NCBI GenBank assembly: GCA_963769935.1
Contig: CAVYNY010000001.1
Span: 1 to 64,000 of the forward strand
Length of the DNA: 64,000 nt
Reading direction: 5' to 3'
From: an uncultured delta proteobacterium
GTDB taxonomy: Bacteria; Desulfobacterota; Desulfobacteria; Desulfobacterales; JAFDCJ01
Part shown: positions 60,942 to 64,000 of the stretch, in pieces
Position numbering within the stretch: position 1 is the first letter of the stretch
Layout: each line of letters begins with the position of its first letter
Program-made: the position numbers and the translations under genes
The notes under the pieces: model-generated
Told to the model about the DNA's origin: nothing
The model's database searches: none
The model's input: the letters and a program-made list of their open reading frames with translations, nothing else

Positions 60942-61121
60942 TAAGCTCTTAAGTTGGTAAGCTGTTAAGCTGATGAGCTCACAAGAATGAGAATAGCTGA
61001 TAAGTTCATGAACCGGCAAGTTCATAGGTTGTGAACGGATCTTATTTTAGCTTTCCTGCTAACGAACTTACCAGCTTATCAGCTCATCAGCTCATCAGCT
61101 TACTAGCTTACCAGCTCATCA
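60942..61121. repeat. Inverted 8-bp-period arrays (TAAGCTGA / TCAGCTCA)
   Basis: taagctcttaagttggtaagctgttaagctgatgagc ... cttaccagcttatcagctcatcagctcatcagcttactagc. Confidence 0.8.
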
Positions 61122-61532
61122 ACTATTCCCCACCCAATCCGGCAGCTGCACCTCCGATACCGAGAACGGGATGTAGCATTTGATGTCAACAACCGGTGAT
61201 CCGTCGATGGCATCGATGGCTTCGATATGAATTTTGTTGCCTTCAATTGACAGTATTCTGCAGACGGCGAGTCCGATAAGATTGGGTCTTTGGGGCGAAT
61301 GGGTGGCAAAAACGCCGGTTAACGGAATACCCGGATCTTTTCTGGGATGAACTTGAAGGGTTCGGCGTTTATCCGGCGCATCATTCTGATGAAACCAGTA
61401 AAGCACGAGAATATGCGAAAAGCCGTCGAGTCCCAGCAGGCCGTCTGAAAACTCGTCAAATATTTCGATCCAAATTCTTCCATCGCTTTTCCCGACAATC
61501 CCCACCGGATTCAGATAAAAAGATGCCGTCAT
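61119..61532 (-). CDS. tsaA: tRNA m6t6A37 methyltransferase TrmO/YaeB domain protein
   Basis: FSHILVLYWFH, GVFATHSPQRPNLIGL and DGSPVVDIK. Confidence 0.9.
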   Translation of the reverse strand: MTASFYLNPVGIVGKSDGRIWIEIFDEFSDGLLGLDGFSHILVLYWFHQNDAPDKRRTLQVHPRKDPGIPLTGVFATHSPQRPNLIGLAVCRILSIEGNKIHIEAIDAIDGSPVVDIKCYIPFSVSEVQLPDWVGNS

Positions 61533-61554
61533 TGAATGCCTTTCTGGATGGAGG

Positions 61555-61795
61555 TTCGAAGGTTAAAGGCTAAAGGTTAAAGGTCCGGGCGAATTAATGC
61601 CGGGTAATTAGTCCTTAGCGCCTGAATTTTTCAACACCCATCCGCCTTGCGCCGTGAGCCGTGCGCCATGCGCCAGTTTAAACTCCCGGCCCGCACCCCG
61701 CAACAATCTCGCTTCGTCTCGCTCCCTTACACCCTGCTCTAGGCGCTATGCCCTCTGCAATTGAATCCCGTAACTCGCATCCCGCATCGCGCGGT
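61555..61795. repeat. Cluster of 7-bp-period degenerate arrays
   Basis: aaggttaaaggctaaaggttaaagg; ccttgcgccgtgagccgtgcgccatgcgcc; cccgcaccccgcaac; cccgtaactcgcatcccgcat. Confidence 0.6.
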
Positions 61796-61870
61796 CGTTT
61801 GAGAATTTTTTAAAACAGATAGAATTCCTTCATTCGACATTCGTCATTTCATTAGTCCCCGCACCGCGGC

Positions 61871-63832
<1,962 letters not shown>

Positions 63833-63941
63833 CCCCCTTTATGAACGTTACTCAGAAAATCCAAATTTTCACGAAATTAATTATGTGTCTTACATGCTCC
63901 GGCAACCATAAGTCAAGATGATTGAATTGGTTCGCCGATTC

Positions 63942-63983
63942 GTTTCCGAATATCAAGACGGAGTTTCCGAATATCAAGACGGA
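63942..63983. repeat. Perfect 21-bp tandem duplication
   Basis: GTTTCCGAATATCAAGACGGA x2. Confidence 0.85.
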
Positions 63984-64000
63984 TCGGATCAGAGCCGTTT

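Noticed and set aside
61119..61532. Short tsaA as a truncated pseudogene
   Set aside because: Single-domain ~140-aa TrmO/YaeB proteins are normal, and the motifs run intact to the end.

Overview
Almost all of the window (about 890-64000) looks like gene-dense chromosome from an anaerobic deltaproteobacterium, probably Desulfobacterales-like. That assignment is inferred from gene content and style, not from a search. The first ~890 bp are AT-rich, carry many frameshifts, and hold metY-metX fragments fused mid-gene to the start of a sugar ABC ATPase, most likely an assembly or read chimera. Main loci: (1) an IclR-regulated sugar ABC transporter; (2) a polyamine/omega-amino-acid locus with ydcSTUV followed by a tungsten-type aldehyde oxidoreductase plus MoaD, a frameshifted saccharopine-dehydrogenase-like gene, an Lrp regulator and a doubly deleted PuuB-like remnant; (3) a degenerate HsdR_N-nuclease/SeqA-like fusion next to exonuclease I; (4) a Tat-exported superoxide-reductase-like protein; (5) an orphan cluster of CDP-alcohol transferase, RibD_C, MDR dehydrogenase, PTPS, GT4 and a sulfatase-like protein; (6) CheB/CheR plus PAS kinase; (7) a cytoplasmic sugar-binding hybrid kinase with DHH and WbqC genes; (8) an M16 peptidase, HtrA, mutM, purB, recD2 and tsaA; (9) a GcvT-family gene with an apparent internal deletion; (10) a MauG/MbnH-like diheme lipoprotein with a small exported partner; (11) an acetoacetate-CoA ligase. 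Intergenic DNA holds many families of hairpin and short-period repeats, including a REPIN, a MITE-like long hairpin and nested insertions. No rRNA, tRNA, CRISPR array or intact transposase was seen.
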